Shown here in pieces: positions 10,103-20,297 of a stretch of DNA of 64,000 nucleotides. The translations under genes were made by a program, and so were the position numbers. Position 1 is the stretch's first letter, and each line of letters begins with the position of its first letter. This DNA is from Candidatus Poribacteria bacterium (GTDB lineage Bacteria; Poribacteria; WGA-4E; JAJDTR01), in NCBI GenBank assembly GCA_965222225.1, contig CBDCTK010000002.1:2624001-2688000 (forward strand), given 5' to 3'. Below the pieces are notes generated by a model that was not told the DNA's origin, did not search any database, and was given only the letters and a program-made list of their open reading frames with translations.

Positions 10103-11074
10103 ATGAAAAAGAGCGCCCCAAAAAATCGCACTCTGACCTGTAGTGAGGAAGAGATGAATCGCCTTTCGAATGCTATCCTTCAAGTGGAATGTCCTGTCAG
10201 TGAGAAAGAGATTACGGACAAGATTATCGGAGGAGACACGTTTGAAGTTTGTGGCTATCTGCCAAGGGGATTCGTCAATCTGCTGGTGCTCGACCCGCCG
10301 TACAATCTGTCTAAGGATTACAATGGACACGTATTCAAAACACAGGGAAAAGACAGCTATCAGAAGTGGTTCCTAAACGCCATCGAAGTCTTGACCCCCA
10401 CGCTTGCGGGAGATGCGACGGTTTATGTCTGCTCAGATTGGAGGACATCTGTGTTGATAACACCCATCCTCGAATCACACTTTCACGTCCGAAATCGAAT
10501 CACTTGGGAACGGGAGAAAGGTCGTGGAGCCAAAACCAATTGGAAAAACAACACGGAGGATATTTGGTTCTGTACCGCCTCCGAAAATTTTAATTTTGAT
10601 GTGGATGCGGTAAAGCTCAAGCGTAAGGTGAATGCCCCGTATAAAATTGATGGGATGCCGAAGGATTGGGAAGCAGAGGAGACGGGCAACTATCGCCTCA
10701 CTCACCCATCGAATATCTGGACAGATATAACAATTCCTTTTTGGTCTATGCCTGAAAACACAGACCACCCGACACAGAAGCCGGAAAAACTGATTGCCAA
10801 ACTGATTTTAGCCAGTTCCAAAGAAGGGGATTTTGTACTAGATCCGTTCCTAGGCAGCGGAACAACCGCAGTGGTGGCGAAAAAACTTGGGAGACGTTTC
10901 TGTGGAATAGAACGTAATCGTGAATATTGCTGCTGGGCGCACAAACGCTTAGAGCTTGCCACCGGAGATTCGACGATTCAGGGATATACTGATGGGGTAT
11001 TCTGGGAACGAAATACCCTAAGCGGCCAGTCGAAACCCACTCACGCAGCGCCCCAGCAGAGAGAGTTATTCTGA
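10103..11074 (+). CDS. Amino-DNA methyltransferase (N4C/N6A, beta class)
   Basis: DPPY precedes HPTQKP and DPFLGSGTT (beta-class motif order). Confidence 0.92.
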   Translation: MKKSAPKNRTLTCSEEEMNRLSNAILQVECPVSEKEITDKIIGGDTFEVCGYLPRGFVNLLVLDPPYNLSKDYNGHVFKTQGKDSYQKWFLNAIEVLTPTLAGDATVYVCSDWRTSVLITPILESHFHVRNRITWEREKGRGAKTNWKNNTEDIWFCTASENFNFDVDAVKLKRKVNAPYKIDGMPKDWEAEETGNYRLTHPSNIWTDITIPFWSMPENTDHPTQKPEKLIAKLILASSKEGDFVLDPFLGSGTTAVVAKKLGRRFCGIERNREYCCWAHKRLELATGDSTIQGYTDGVFWERNTLSGQSKPTHAAPQQRELF

Positions 11075-11742
11075 TGAAATCAACATTCTATTACAAGGGT
11101 CATTATTTGGATGTCGCTGGCAGCATCAAAAACTACATCAATTCATCACCAGAGTTTCTTTCGCAACAAACAGCTGGGAGCACCCGAGCCGTGGGAGATG
11201 CGCTAGAGTCATTATTGGCCGAGAAATTTGACACTTTTTTGGGAGATTGGTGCGCCGAGTATTCGAATGACTTTGCACGACGCGCAATGGCAGATCTCGC
11301 ATTTACTGACAACGAGGGATTCTATACTGTTGTTGATGTAAAGACACACCGAGAAGATACAAAGTTCAATATGCCGAATCTTACCTCCGTTGAGCGATTG
11401 GCAAGATTCTATGAATCGGATTCAAACATCTTCTGTTTGATATTGATAAGATACGCAATTCAGGGTACCAAGGTTACCGCCACCGAGGTCACATTTACTC
11501 CAATTGAATTCTTGAGTTGGGAATGCTTAACTGTAGGTGCATTGGGCTGGGGACAAATTCAAATTGCAAACTCAAACAACATCAAAATGGTCGATGGCTA
11601 TTCTCGGAAAAAGTGGATGCTCGAACTTTGCGACACGTTGTTTGAGTTTTATCCAAAGGAGATTCAAAAAATACAGGAAAGAGTAGGAAGGTTTGAAGAC
11701 GTGAAGGCACACTGGGAATCACGAGAGGATGTCTGGTGTTAA
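11074..11742 (+). CDS. Putative type II restriction endonuclease (PD-(D/E)xK, HincII/EcoRV-like)
   Basis: Coupled to the MTase by a TGATG overlap. 'GDALE...ADLAF...VDVKT...PNLTS...QIQ' matches my recollection of the HincII-type catalytic layout. Confidence 0.65.
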   Translation: MKSTFYYKGHYLDVAGSIKNYINSSPEFLSQQTAGSTRAVGDALESLLAEKFDTFLGDWCAEYSNDFARRAMADLAFTDNEGFYTVVDVKTHREDTKFNMPNLTSVERLARFYESDSNIFCLILIRYAIQGTKVTATEVTFTPIEFLSWECLTVGALGWGQIQIANSNNIKMVDGYSRKKWMLELCDTLFEFYPKEIQKIQERVGRFEDVKAHWESREDVWC

Positions 11743-11860
11743 CCTAGGACAATTTCCGTGACACAATCAGAAGAGTTATGAGAATGCGATTCACCTGTAC
11801 CCAGTTTCCTGGTGAAGCGTATCTCAAGGAATTTCTATGCCCGTAAGCTTGGAAAGAGGA

Positions 11861-11889
11861 TTGACAGCAAAAGCGAGTTATGCTACTAT
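11861..11889 (+). promoter_or_regulatory. Extended -10 sigma70 promoter for the ParB-like gene
   Basis: TTGACA-17 nt-TACTAT with TG at -15/-14. Confidence 0.6.
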
Positions 11890-11968
11890 GCCCAAGCGAA
11901 TTGCTCTGCCCAAACCAGCGACGAAGCGTTCACGATGCGACGGGAATTAGCAAAAACTAAGGTGAAAC

Positions 11969-13060
11969 ATGGGAATTAGCACAGAACTTCAATACGCGAC
12001 GCTGGATGACCTTTATCTTGATGCCAAAAATCCTAGACTTGGCAGACATCAAGCTAATACAAATCATTCTCAAGACGAAGTTCTTGATATGATGAGTGAG
12101 TGGGTACTTGATGAACTCGCTGTGTCGTATTTGGAGAGTGGTTTTTGGACACATGAACCGTTGTTGGTTGTCGAAGAGCAAGTGGATGGAGAGCAGCGCC
12201 TCGTTGTCGTTGAGGGGAATCGACGCCTTGCTGCGCTAATCTATCTTCGTCGGGCAGTTGACGGTCATGAGGTTTTAAAGAAATGGCACTTGCTTGTCGA
12301 AGGGGTTGACGTTCCCAAAGAACTTTTCGTTAAGATTCCCTATATACACGTAGGATCGCGCCAAGAAATCGAGTCGTTCTTGGGGTTTCGGCATGTTACA
12401 GGTATCAAGCAGTGGCATCCCGAGGAGAAGGCGCAATACATTGCCAAATTAATTGATGAACGAGGTATGAGTTACGAAGAAGTGATGCGAAGGATTGGAA
12501 GCAAGACCCCTACAGTTCGACGGCACTATATTTCCTATCGGGTGCTCTTACAGATGATGGACTGTTTGGAAGATTTCTCCGTTGAAGAGGCCAGGGGCCG
12601 ATTCAGCGTTATGTCCCTATCGCTTCGGACACACGGTGTGCAGCAGTATCTTGAAATTGACATGTCAGCCGACCCAAAGGCGGCTAAAACGCCAATACCT
12701 ACAACTCGTCTCAACGCTCTTGAGAACTTTTCGCTGTGGCTATTTGGGAGCCGGAATCAAATTCCGCTCTTCGCCGATTCGCGGCGTGTTGATGATTTCG
12801 GCAGGATTCTTGAAAGCCATCGAGCTGTCGAATATCTTGAAGGAAACAGGAAAGCCAAGTTTGATTACGCATTTCAACTAGCGGGTGGCGATGAATCGGA
12901 AATCGCTAATCTGGTCAACGAAGCGGCTGTAAATGTACAACTAGCGTTGAGCCGCGCCCATCATTACAAGAAATCAGAAGATGTCCAACGGTCAGTAAAG
13001 AGACTAGGGATTGATGTTGAACAATTGCAGAGCGGTTTTCGAAGTATGCGCAATCGGTGA
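11969..13060 (+). CDS. ParB/Srx N-terminal domain protein
   Basis: LYLDAKNPRL, 'EPLLVV...VVVEGNRRLAAL', RHVTG motifs. Confidence 0.8.
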   Translation: MGISTELQYATLDDLYLDAKNPRLGRHQANTNHSQDEVLDMMSEWVLDELAVSYLESGFWTHEPLLVVEEQVDGEQRLVVVEGNRRLAALIYLRRAVDGHEVLKKWHLLVEGVDVPKELFVKIPYIHVGSRQEIESFLGFRHVTGIKQWHPEEKAQYIAKLIDERGMSYEEVMRRIGSKTPTVRRHYISYRVLLQMMDCLEDFSVEEARGRFSVMSLSLRTHGVQQYLEIDMSADPKAAKTPIPTTRLNALENFSLWLFGSRNQIPLFADSRRVDDFGRILESHRAVEYLEGNRKAKFDYAFQLAGGDESEIANLVNEAAVNVQLALSRAHHYKKSEDVQRSVKRLGIDVEQLQSGFRSMRNR

Positions 13061-13277
13061 GAAAACCATTCGTCGGACGGCAAACACGAGCCAAAACAAA
13101 CACAAAAATCCAATCTTTTCGATTTTAGAGATGCTCTATCGCTAATGACTGTGAACGTTAAAATTTGCGTCAAGCAATAACCCAACCAATTGACCTAGGG
13201 CGCTTCTTCGTAAGGCGCGAGAAGTTAGATTGGGTTATAATTTTCAATGTCGATTATTTTTGGGGCTAACGACAGGC

Positions 13278-14123
13278 ATGGGAAATGTAATTGCTTTTGG
13301 TTGGTATGGCGGAAAATTTAGTCATCTTGGCTGGCTACTACCATTGTTACCGGATTGTCAGCATTACTGCGAACCTTTTGGAGGGTCGGCTGCAGTCCTG
13401 CTTAATCGAAGTCATTCCCCTGTGGAGACATACAATGATATGGATGGGGAAGTGGCTAATTTCTTCCGTGTACTTCGTGACCAAAAAGAGGCGCTACTTG
13501 AAGGGATTGGCTTGACCCCTTTTTCCCGAGAGGAGTTTGAAAAAGCAATTTCTCTCTCTACCAAAGGCATTTCGGATCTAGAAAAAGCGAGGCGTTTCTT
13601 TATTCGAGCAAGGCAAGTTAGAATTGGGCTTGCACAGAGGGCAAGTTCAGGCCGGTGGGCACATTGCCGATTAACAAGCCGGGCAGGAATGGCGGGAGCG
13701 GTGTCCAGGTGGTTGGGAAGTGTAGAAGGCCTTTCTGAAATTGCACAGAGGCTTTTGCGTGTTCAGATAGAGAATGGCCCTGCTATTGATGTCATCAAGC
13801 GTTATGATAGCAAGGAAACACTGTTTTACTGTGACCCGCCTTATCCGCATGAGTCGCGTGGTGATTCAAGTGCCTATGGATATGAAATGACAAATAGGGA
13901 TCATAGGAAGTTAGCTGATGTTCTTCGTTGTGTTGAGGGAAAGGTTGCCCTGTCAAGTTATCATTGTGATTTAATGGATGAATTGTACAGTGGCTGGACC
14001 TGTATCGAAGCTCCGATTAAGAAGTGTCACTCTGCTAAGGCTCCGAGACGTGAGGTGCTGTGGGTCAACTACTCAACCGAGAAGGAGCAGGAATGCAACA
14101 GCCTTCAGAAATCCTTGATATAG
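13278..14123 (+). CDS. Dam/D12-class N6-adenine DNA methyltransferase
   Basis: WYGGK, EPFGGS, YND, YCDPPY (alpha-class order). Confidence 0.92.
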   Translation: MGNVIAFGWYGGKFSHLGWLLPLLPDCQHYCEPFGGSAAVLLNRSHSPVETYNDMDGEVANFFRVLRDQKEALLEGIGLTPFSREEFEKAISLSTKGISDLEKARRFFIRARQVRIGLAQRASSGRWAHCRLTSRAGMAGAVSRWLGSVEGLSEIAQRLLRVQIENGPAIDVIKRYDSKETLFYCDPPYPHESRGDSSAYGYEMTNRDHRKLADVLRCVEGKVALSSYHCDLMDELYSGWTCIEAPIKKCHSAKAPRREVLWVNYSTEKEQECNSLQKSLI

Positions 14124-15241
14124 CTTTTGAAACTGCTATGGCTCATATTTCAGAGTCTCTTGTGGATGTTATGGATATTGCAGAACGGGTTGAGTTTGTT
14201 TGCCGCAATACCCAAAACCGCGCTTGCGTTCGGTTGTTAATGGCTTGTCTACTGGCAAAAGTCCATAAACCTGAGATTGATATTAGAAAACCTTTTACGG
14301 AAATTGGGGATTCAGATGTTTACTCTGGACGTACCTATGATGAGAGTTATATTTCTACTTTCATCGTTAAGCATGATTTACCATGTAATTCTACCACTGC
14401 GTTTTTAACACCTGCCCTGCGAAACAGAAACATAGCCCTAACCCCGGAAGCCGACTTGGTAGGGCGACCACCAAAACTTTACGAGACAGTTTTAATCCTT
14501 CTAGATCATGTACACTCGGAACAAGTGTGTCCCGATACTTTATTGGCGGAAACTGTGAGAGTCCTTCTGGTTGTCAGAGATGAAAAACGGCACAGAATGG
14601 AATCTTTGCTTACAGGTTTAAAACGTACTGAGGGTAACATTCCGTTATCGGCTGAAGCGATTGTGACGCTCATTGAACAACATTTACAATGTCCGCACCC
14701 CAGTCGTTTGCCTGTGCTAGTTGTCGCAGCCGCTTATCAGTCAGCAGAGAAGTATCTTGGAGAAAGAGGATTGCCTCTTCAAAGTCACACTGCAGCGGAT
14801 GAACAGACCGGAGCGTTGGGTGATTTAGAAATCACGCTAATAGATGATGAAAACGTGGTAACAAGCTATGAGATGAAGATGAAACGGGTTACCCGAGGTG
14901 ATATTGATCGAGCATTGCAGAAGGTGGTGGAACACGACGATCGAATTGATAACTATATCTTTATCACAACAGATGTCATTGAAGATGATGTCATTGAAGA
15001 TGATGTCAGCGAATATGCTGCAGAAATCTATAAAAGGACTGGAGGCATTGAAGTGGTAATTTTGGACTGCATAGCGTTCTTGCGCCATTTTATTCACCTG
15101 TTCCACCGACTACGCATTCAGTTCTTAGAGGCGTATCAGAGTATACTGCTAAGTGAGCCGGATAGTGCTGTCCGACAAGAATTGAAGGAGGCATTTCTAG
15201 CATTACGCGGTGCATTTGAAAGAGTTGAAATCAAGGTATAA
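14093..15241 (+). CDS. Putative restriction endonuclease (possibly SacI-like family)
   Basis: Overlaps the MTase end; 'GALGDLEI...SYEMK' is a PD-(D/E)xK-like motif. Confidence 0.55.
   Translation: MQQPSEILDIAFETAMAHISESLVDVMDIAERVEFVCRNTQNRACVRLLMACLLAKVHKPEIDIRKPFTEIGDSDVYSGRTYDESYISTFIVKHDLPCNSTTAFLTPALRNRNIALTPEADLVGRPPKLYETVLILLDHVHSEQVCPDTLLAETVRVLLVVRDEKRHRMESLLTGLKRTEGNIPLSAEAIVTLIEQHLQCPHPSRLPVLVVAAAYQSAEKYLGERGLPLQSHTAADEQTGALGDLEITLIDDENVVTSYEMKMKRVTRGDIDRALQKVVEHDDRIDNYIFITTDVIEDDVIEDDVSEYAAEIYKRTGGIEVVILDCIAFLRHFIHLFHRLRIQFLEAYQSILLSEPDSAVRQELKEAFLALRGAFERVEIKV
14972..15008 (+). repeat. In-frame 15-bp tandem duplication
   Basis: GATGTCATTGAAGAT x2 plus GATGTCA, encoding DVIED-DVIED-DVS. 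Confidence 0.9.
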
Positions 15242-15461
15242 CCTTTATCTTTGTTAGTTACGTAATTTGTGTACTATCTCTAGGTTACAATCAAAATAGT
15301 ACACATACCATAAAACCCTTAGTCACGCCTTATGAGAACCTGTCAACCCCTTCGGGGCAGGCCTTGGCTCCGCTCGGGTGACCGAACCTCAACGACGCAG
15401 CATTCTATACAACATAGCTACAAAAACTCAAGTCTCAACCCAACGAAAGGCCCTAAACACA

Positions 15462-15713
15462 ATGATACCATTTCTGATCGCAGCATCTATAACCGCATCA
15501 AGTTTCCTACCCTATTACCTCTGGGCTAACGATTTACACACTGCATCCGTTACTGTCGCAATGGGAACAATAATAGCCGCCATAATCGGAACCGCAACCT
15601 ACCTCATCTACAACGCACTCGACACATGCGTTCATAACCTCGCCCACATAGGGCATCAACTCGAAGCCATAATAGGAGGAAAATATGGAAATTCCAAAAG
15701 AGAAGCTACTTGA
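15462..15713 (+). CDS. Small hypothetical two-TM membrane protein (83 aa)
   Basis: Two hydrophobic stretches, strongly A/C-biased codons; overlaps the start of the next gene. Confidence 0.45.
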   Translation: MIPFLIAASITASSFLPYYLWANDLHTASVTVAMGTIIAAIIGTATYLIYNALDTCVHNLAHIGHQLEAIIGGKYGNSKREAT

Positions 15714-16665
15714 AATTTACGAGCGGATGGCAACCATCCGCCAATTTGAAGAGCGGGTGCGCGAAGAGTTCGCCGCAAATCGCATTCCGGGGTTCGTCCA
15801 TCTGTATGCGGGCGAGGAGGCGGTTGCGGTCGGCGTCTGCGCCCATCTGACCGATGAGGATATAATAACCAGCACTCACCGCGGCCACGGTCACTGCATT
15901 GCCAAAGGGGTCGATGTCAAGGCGATGATGGCTGAACTGTATGGGCGCGCCACCGGCGCCTGCAAGGGAAAGGGCGGCTCAATGCACATCGCCGATCTCG
16001 ACCGAGGCATGCTTGGCGCCAACGGCATTGTTGGCGCGGGAATTCCGCTCGCGTGCGGTGCGGCTCTCAGTGCCCAAGTGCTTGGGACTCAGAACGTTGC
16101 TGTCAGTTTTTTCGGTGACGGCGGCGCCAACGAGGGTAGCTTTCACGAAGGTCTGAATCTAGCCGGTGTTTGGCAACTTCCCGCTATCTTTGTGGCGGAG
16201 AACAACGGCTGGGCGGAATCGACGAGCAGCGACTACTCCGTCGCGGGCGCCGATATCGCCGGACGTGCGCGCGCTTACGGCATACGCGGCACCGTTGTTG
16301 ACGGCTTGGACCTCTTCAATGTCTACGAGAAAGCGGGGGAGGCGATTGCCGCAGCCCGCGACGGAGAGGGCCCCGCGCTTTTGGAGTGTAAGACGTATCG
16401 CTTCTACGGTCACCACGAGGGCGACAAGCAGCGCTACAGATCGCAGGAGGAAGTCGAGGAATATCGCAAGAATCATTGCGTCATCAAGAATTTCCGTGCG
16501 CGCATGACCGATGAGAAGGTGTTGACCGACGAGGAGCTTGACGAGATTGAGACGCGGGTTGAGGAGACGATAGAGTCTGCCGTGGCGTACGCGGCTGACA
16601 GCCCGTGGCCCGAGCCGAGCGACGTGACGGAAGATGTCTACGTGAACTACAAGGAGGTTGTATAA
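15685..16665 (+). CDS. Acetoin/pyruvate dehydrogenase E1 alpha subunit (AcoA-like)
   Basis: GFVHLYAGEEA, STHRGHGH, GGSMH, GDG...ENN ThDP motif, YRFYGH. Confidence 0.93.
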   Translation: MEIPKEKLLEIYERMATIRQFEERVREEFAANRIPGFVHLYAGEEAVAVGVCAHLTDEDIITSTHRGHGHCIAKGVDVKAMMAELYGRATGACKGKGGSMHIADLDRGMLGANGIVGAGIPLACGAALSAQVLGTQNVAVSFFGDGGANEGSFHEGLNLAGVWQLPAIFVAENNGWAESTSSDYSVAGADIAGRARAYGIRGTVVDGLDLFNVYEKAGEAIAAARDGEGPALLECKTYRFYGHHEGDKQRYRSQEEVEEYRKNHCVIKNFRARMTDEKVLTDEELDEIETRVEETIESAVAYAADSPWPEPSDVTEDVYVNYKEVV

Positions 16666-17687
16666 TGAGCGAAGAACGAGAGCTGACCATGGGAGCGGCT
16701 ATCCGCGAGGCGCTTCATCATGAGATGGAGCGCGATTCTACGGTGATCATTATGGGTGAGGATGTCGTCGGCGGAGCAGGTGCGAAGTTGGAAGGTGCCG
16801 AGGACTGCTGGGGCGGACCGTTTGGTATCACCGGAGGACTCGTGGGCAAGTATGGACGAAATCGCATTCGCGACACGCCGATTAGCGAGGCAGGTTTCAT
16901 CGGCGCCGCCATTGGCGCGGCGGCGACGGGACTCAGACCGGTTGCGGCGCTGATGTTCGTCGATTTCTTTGGCATTCCTATGGATCAGATTTTCAATCAG
17001 GGCGCCAAGATTCGCTACATGTTTGGCGGCAAGGCAAAAGTGCCCGTGGTTATCCGCGCGGCGATTGGGGGTGGGATTAACGCCGCGGCGCAGCATTCTC
17101 AATGCCTCTATTCTATCTTCGCGCATATCCCCGGATTGAAGGTTGTGGTTCCATCCACGCCGTACGATGCCAAGGGATTGATGACGGCAGCCATTCGCGA
17201 TGACGACCTTGTTTTCTTCCTTGAACATAAGCGGTTGATGGGATCGAAGGGGCACGTGCCCGAAGAGTCCTATGTTGTCCCGTTAGGCGAAGCATTGGTT
17301 CGGCGCGAAGGCAGTGATGTCACCGTGGTTGCGATCGCGAAGATGGTTGACTTGGCGCTAAGCGCGGCGGAGGGGCTTGAAGCCGAAGGGGTGAACGTCG
17401 AGGTGATAGATCCGCGCTCGTTAAGCCCGTTGGACGGCAGGACGATTGTGGATTCCGTCGAGAAGACGGGGCGGCTTGTGATTGTCGATGAGGACACGCC
17501 GAGATGCAACTTGGCTACGGACATCGCCGCCCTAGCGGCGGACGAAGCGTTCTATAGCCTTGAAGCGCCGATTAAGCGCGTCACGCCTCCGCACACACCT
17601 GTCCCCTTCAGCCCGGCACTGGAAAATGCCTATATCCCGTCGGAAGCCCGGGTTGTGACAGCGATTCGGGAGGTGATGGCTGCATGA
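16665..17687 (+). CDS. Acetoin/pyruvate dehydrogenase E1 beta subunit (AcoB-like)
   Basis: GEDV, DTPISE, AAQHSQ, EVIDPRSLSPLD; TAATG overlap with the alpha subunit. Confidence 0.93.
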   Translation: MSEERELTMGAAIREALHHEMERDSTVIIMGEDVVGGAGAKLEGAEDCWGGPFGITGGLVGKYGRNRIRDTPISEAGFIGAAIGAAATGLRPVAALMFVDFFGIPMDQIFNQGAKIRYMFGGKAKVPVVIRAAIGGGINAAAQHSQCLYSIFAHIPGLKVVVPSTPYDAKGLMTAAIRDDDLVFFLEHKRLMGSKGHVPEESYVVPLGEALVRREGSDVTVVAIAKMVDLALSAAEGLEAEGVNVEVIDPRSLSPLDGRTIVDSVEKTGRLVIVDEDTPRCNLATDIAALAADEAFYSLEAPIKRVTPPHTPVPFSPALENAYIPSEARVVTAIREVMAA

Positions 17688-18832
17688 AAGCAGTTGTCTT
17701 CCCCAAATCCGGATTGATTACCGAACAGGGGACTCTCCTTCAGTGGACTGCCTCGGAAGGCGACCGCGTTGAGGAGGGTCAACTTCTGTGCGAGGTCGAA
17801 ACCGAAAAAACCACAATCGAGGTAACCGCGCCCGTATCGGGCCTCCTTCGGAAGATACTTGTCGCCGAGGGCGGCAAGGGGCCCGTGGGCATGACGCTTG
17901 GGTGGGTTGGCGAGGCGGATGAGGAGATTCCCGAAGTCAAAGAGATGCCGACGCTACCGGGGGCAGCGGCAGAGAAGCCAACTCCCGTGGCGGCTGCCAA
18001 GACTCGTCCTCAACGTGCGGCGGCGGGCGGTCGGCTGCGCGCCTCGCCGGCGGCGCGAAAACTTGCAGCGGAGAACGGGATTGATTTGGCTGAAATCTCC
18101 GGCAGCGGTCCCGGCGGCGCCATCACGACCGGGGACGTGGAACGGGCTATTGAAGCCGCAGCGGCAGACGTAGACGCTGAGCGCGTGCCGATGAGTTCAA
18201 TGCGCCGCGCCATCGCCAATCAGACGCAGGAGAGTTTTCAGCAGGCGCCGCACTTCTACCTCAGCTTGGAAGCCGATGCGGAATTGCTGACAGACGGTCG
18301 TCCGGAGGGGGTTTCCATTACGCACTGCCTGATTAAGGCGACTGGGTTGGCGCTTCGCGAGTTTCCCCAAATGCGGGCGCAACTTCAAGGTCAGGAGTTC
18401 CTCATCCCTCACGCCGTGCACGTCGGATTAATCACGGCGGTTGAGGGCGGCTTGTTGGTTCCGGTGGTTCGCGATGCCGATCAGCTCTCGCTCTCCGAGA
18501 TTGCCGACAAAGTGCGCGCCCTCGTCGAGAATGCGCGTGCAGGCAAACTTTCCGGCGACGATGCGTCGGGTGCGGGGTTTAGCATAACCAACTTGGGCAT
18601 GTACGATGTGGAAACATTTCACGCCATTATCCACACGCCCGAATCCGCCATCCTTGCCGTCGGTACGGTCATGGAGAAACCGGTGGTGAAGGATGGGAGC
18701 GTGGTGCCCGGAAAGCGGATGGCACTCACGCTGTCCTGCGATCACCGCGTGGTTGATGGCGTCATCGCGGCGCAGTTTCTGGGGCATCTGAAGGCGCTCC
18801 TGGAGGATGGGTCGGAATTGGGGTTGAAGTAG
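17684..18832 (+). CDS. Dihydrolipoamide acyltransferase E2
   Basis: Lipoyl domain (EVETEK), E3-binding domain (RASPAARKLA...GSGPGG), catalytic DHRVVDG. Confidence 0.92.
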   Translation: MKAVVFPKSGLITEQGTLLQWTASEGDRVEEGQLLCEVETEKTTIEVTAPVSGLLRKILVAEGGKGPVGMTLGWVGEADEEIPEVKEMPTLPGAAAEKPTPVAAAKTRPQRAAAGGRLRASPAARKLAAENGIDLAEISGSGPGGAITTGDVERAIEAAAADVDAERVPMSSMRRAIANQTQESFQQAPHFYLSLEADAELLTDGRPEGVSITHCLIKATGLALREFPQMRAQLQGQEFLIPHAVHVGLITAVEGGLLVPVVRDADQLSLSEIADKVRALVENARAGKLSGDDASGAGFSITNLGMYDVETFHAIIHTPESAILAVGTVMEKPVVKDGSVVPGKRMALTLSCDHRVVDGVIAAQFLGHLKALLEDGSELGLK

Positions 18833-18877
18833 ATGTTCGGGTGTCAGAATTCCAGCGATTTTCGACAGCTTGAGTTA

Positions 18878-19005
18878 CTAGGTTCTGTTGACATTTGACA
18901 GCGCCATCCGTAGGGGTTGGATTTCCCAACCCACATTGGGGAACGGGCGAGGAGACCTCGCCCCTACGATTGGGGCTGCCTCATGTAAATGTCAACTCGT
19001 CCTAG
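18878..19005. mobile_element. Small MITE-like element containing a REP doublet
   Basis: CTAGGTTCTGTTGACATTT ... AAATGTCAACTCGTCCTAG imperfect terminal inverted repeats; internal CGTAGGGG...CCCCTACG hairpin pair. Confidence 0.6.
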
Positions 19006-19032
19006 CCATTCCGGTAGAAGGAGGCGTGAAGA

Positions 19033-20245
19033 TTGCCGGTAAAACCGTACACTATTGACAGATCCAGAGCCTGCCTGAAACGCTCGGACGAACTCATGGT
19101 TCGCGGTTGCCAACACTACAAACGGAGCCATGCGATGCTGGAGATGGGCTATCCCGTCTTCACGCAACGCGCCGACGGCGCGCGTTTCTGGGATGTCGAC
19201 GGCAACGAATACCTCGACTTTCTGCTGGGCTTTGGGCCTATCCTTCTCGGCTACAACGATTCTGCCGTCAATGCGGCTCTTGGAAAGCAGATAGCAGAGG
19301 GCACCGTCGTCAGCACTGCCCATCCCAAGGAGTTGGAAGTCGCTCAGATGCTGATTGATCGTATCCCGGTTGCGGAGATGGTGGGTTTTCTTATTGGCGG
19401 GAGCTCGGTTACCAGCGCCGCGTTGCGTCTCGCGCGGGTGTATTACGGGCAGAGAGAAAGTCATTCGATGCGGCTATCACGGTTGGCATTCCTGGACGTG
19501 ACCGGGCGACCCCGGCATACCGGCAGGCATCACCGAGTTGACGCTAGATTTCCCTTACGGCGATCTTGACGCACTGGAAGATCGGTTCAAGGAGCACGAC
19601 AACCAAGTTGCCTGCGTCATCATGGAGTCCGTGCTGGGTGATGGGCCGCCGGAAGGTTTCCTGCAAGGGGTGGTTGACATGGCACACCGCTACGACGCGC
19701 TTGCCGTGTTCGATGAGGTCAAGGTTGGATTTCGCGTGGCGATCGGCGGCGGCAGCGAGTATTACGGCGTAACGCCGGACTTGGCGACGTACGGTAAGGC
19801 GTGCTGCAACGGCTTTCCTGGCAGTTTCGTCGCGGGCAGGAAGGAGATTCTCGGCAGCGAGAAGTGTCAAGCCGCCGGACTCGCGGCTACATTTCACTGC
19901 GACCTGCCCAGCTTGGTCGCGTTGGAGGTGGTCATCAACGAGCTGGAACGGCGTGACGGAATCGCATACCAGTGGAAGATTGGAAACCGTCTAATCGAAG
20001 GCGTCAACAAGGCGTGCGAAGAGGGCGGATTGGGATATAAATTGATAGGTACAGGACCCATGCCCACCCCTAGAATAGAGGAGGAGGATAGAGACCGATG
20101 CATCGCCATGCTTCAGGGGTGTCTGGCGCGCGGTTTCTATCTGCATCCGGGCCATCCGATGTTCTTGAGTTTGGCGCATAGCGAGCAGGACATTGAGGAT
20201 ACCATCGTGGCAGTGGAAGAGTCTATTGCCGATCTTGATTCTTAA
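19033..20245 (+). pseudogene. Class III aminotransferase (GSA aminomutase-like), disrupted
   Basis: WDVDGNEYLD, FDEVKVGFR, TYGK motifs. +1 frameshift at ~19443 (TATTACGGGC) and in-frame TGA at 19499-19501 after GYHGWHSWT. Confidence 0.85.
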
Positions 20246-20297
20246 GAGGAACAGTATCGTAACATGGAAATGATTACCAATAAGGAGGGCACAACGT

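Noticed and set aside
19499-19501. Selenocysteine/readthrough at the in-frame TGA
   Set aside because: Not a Cys position, accompanied by a nearby frameshift, and no clear SECIS; simple CGA>TGA decay is more likely.
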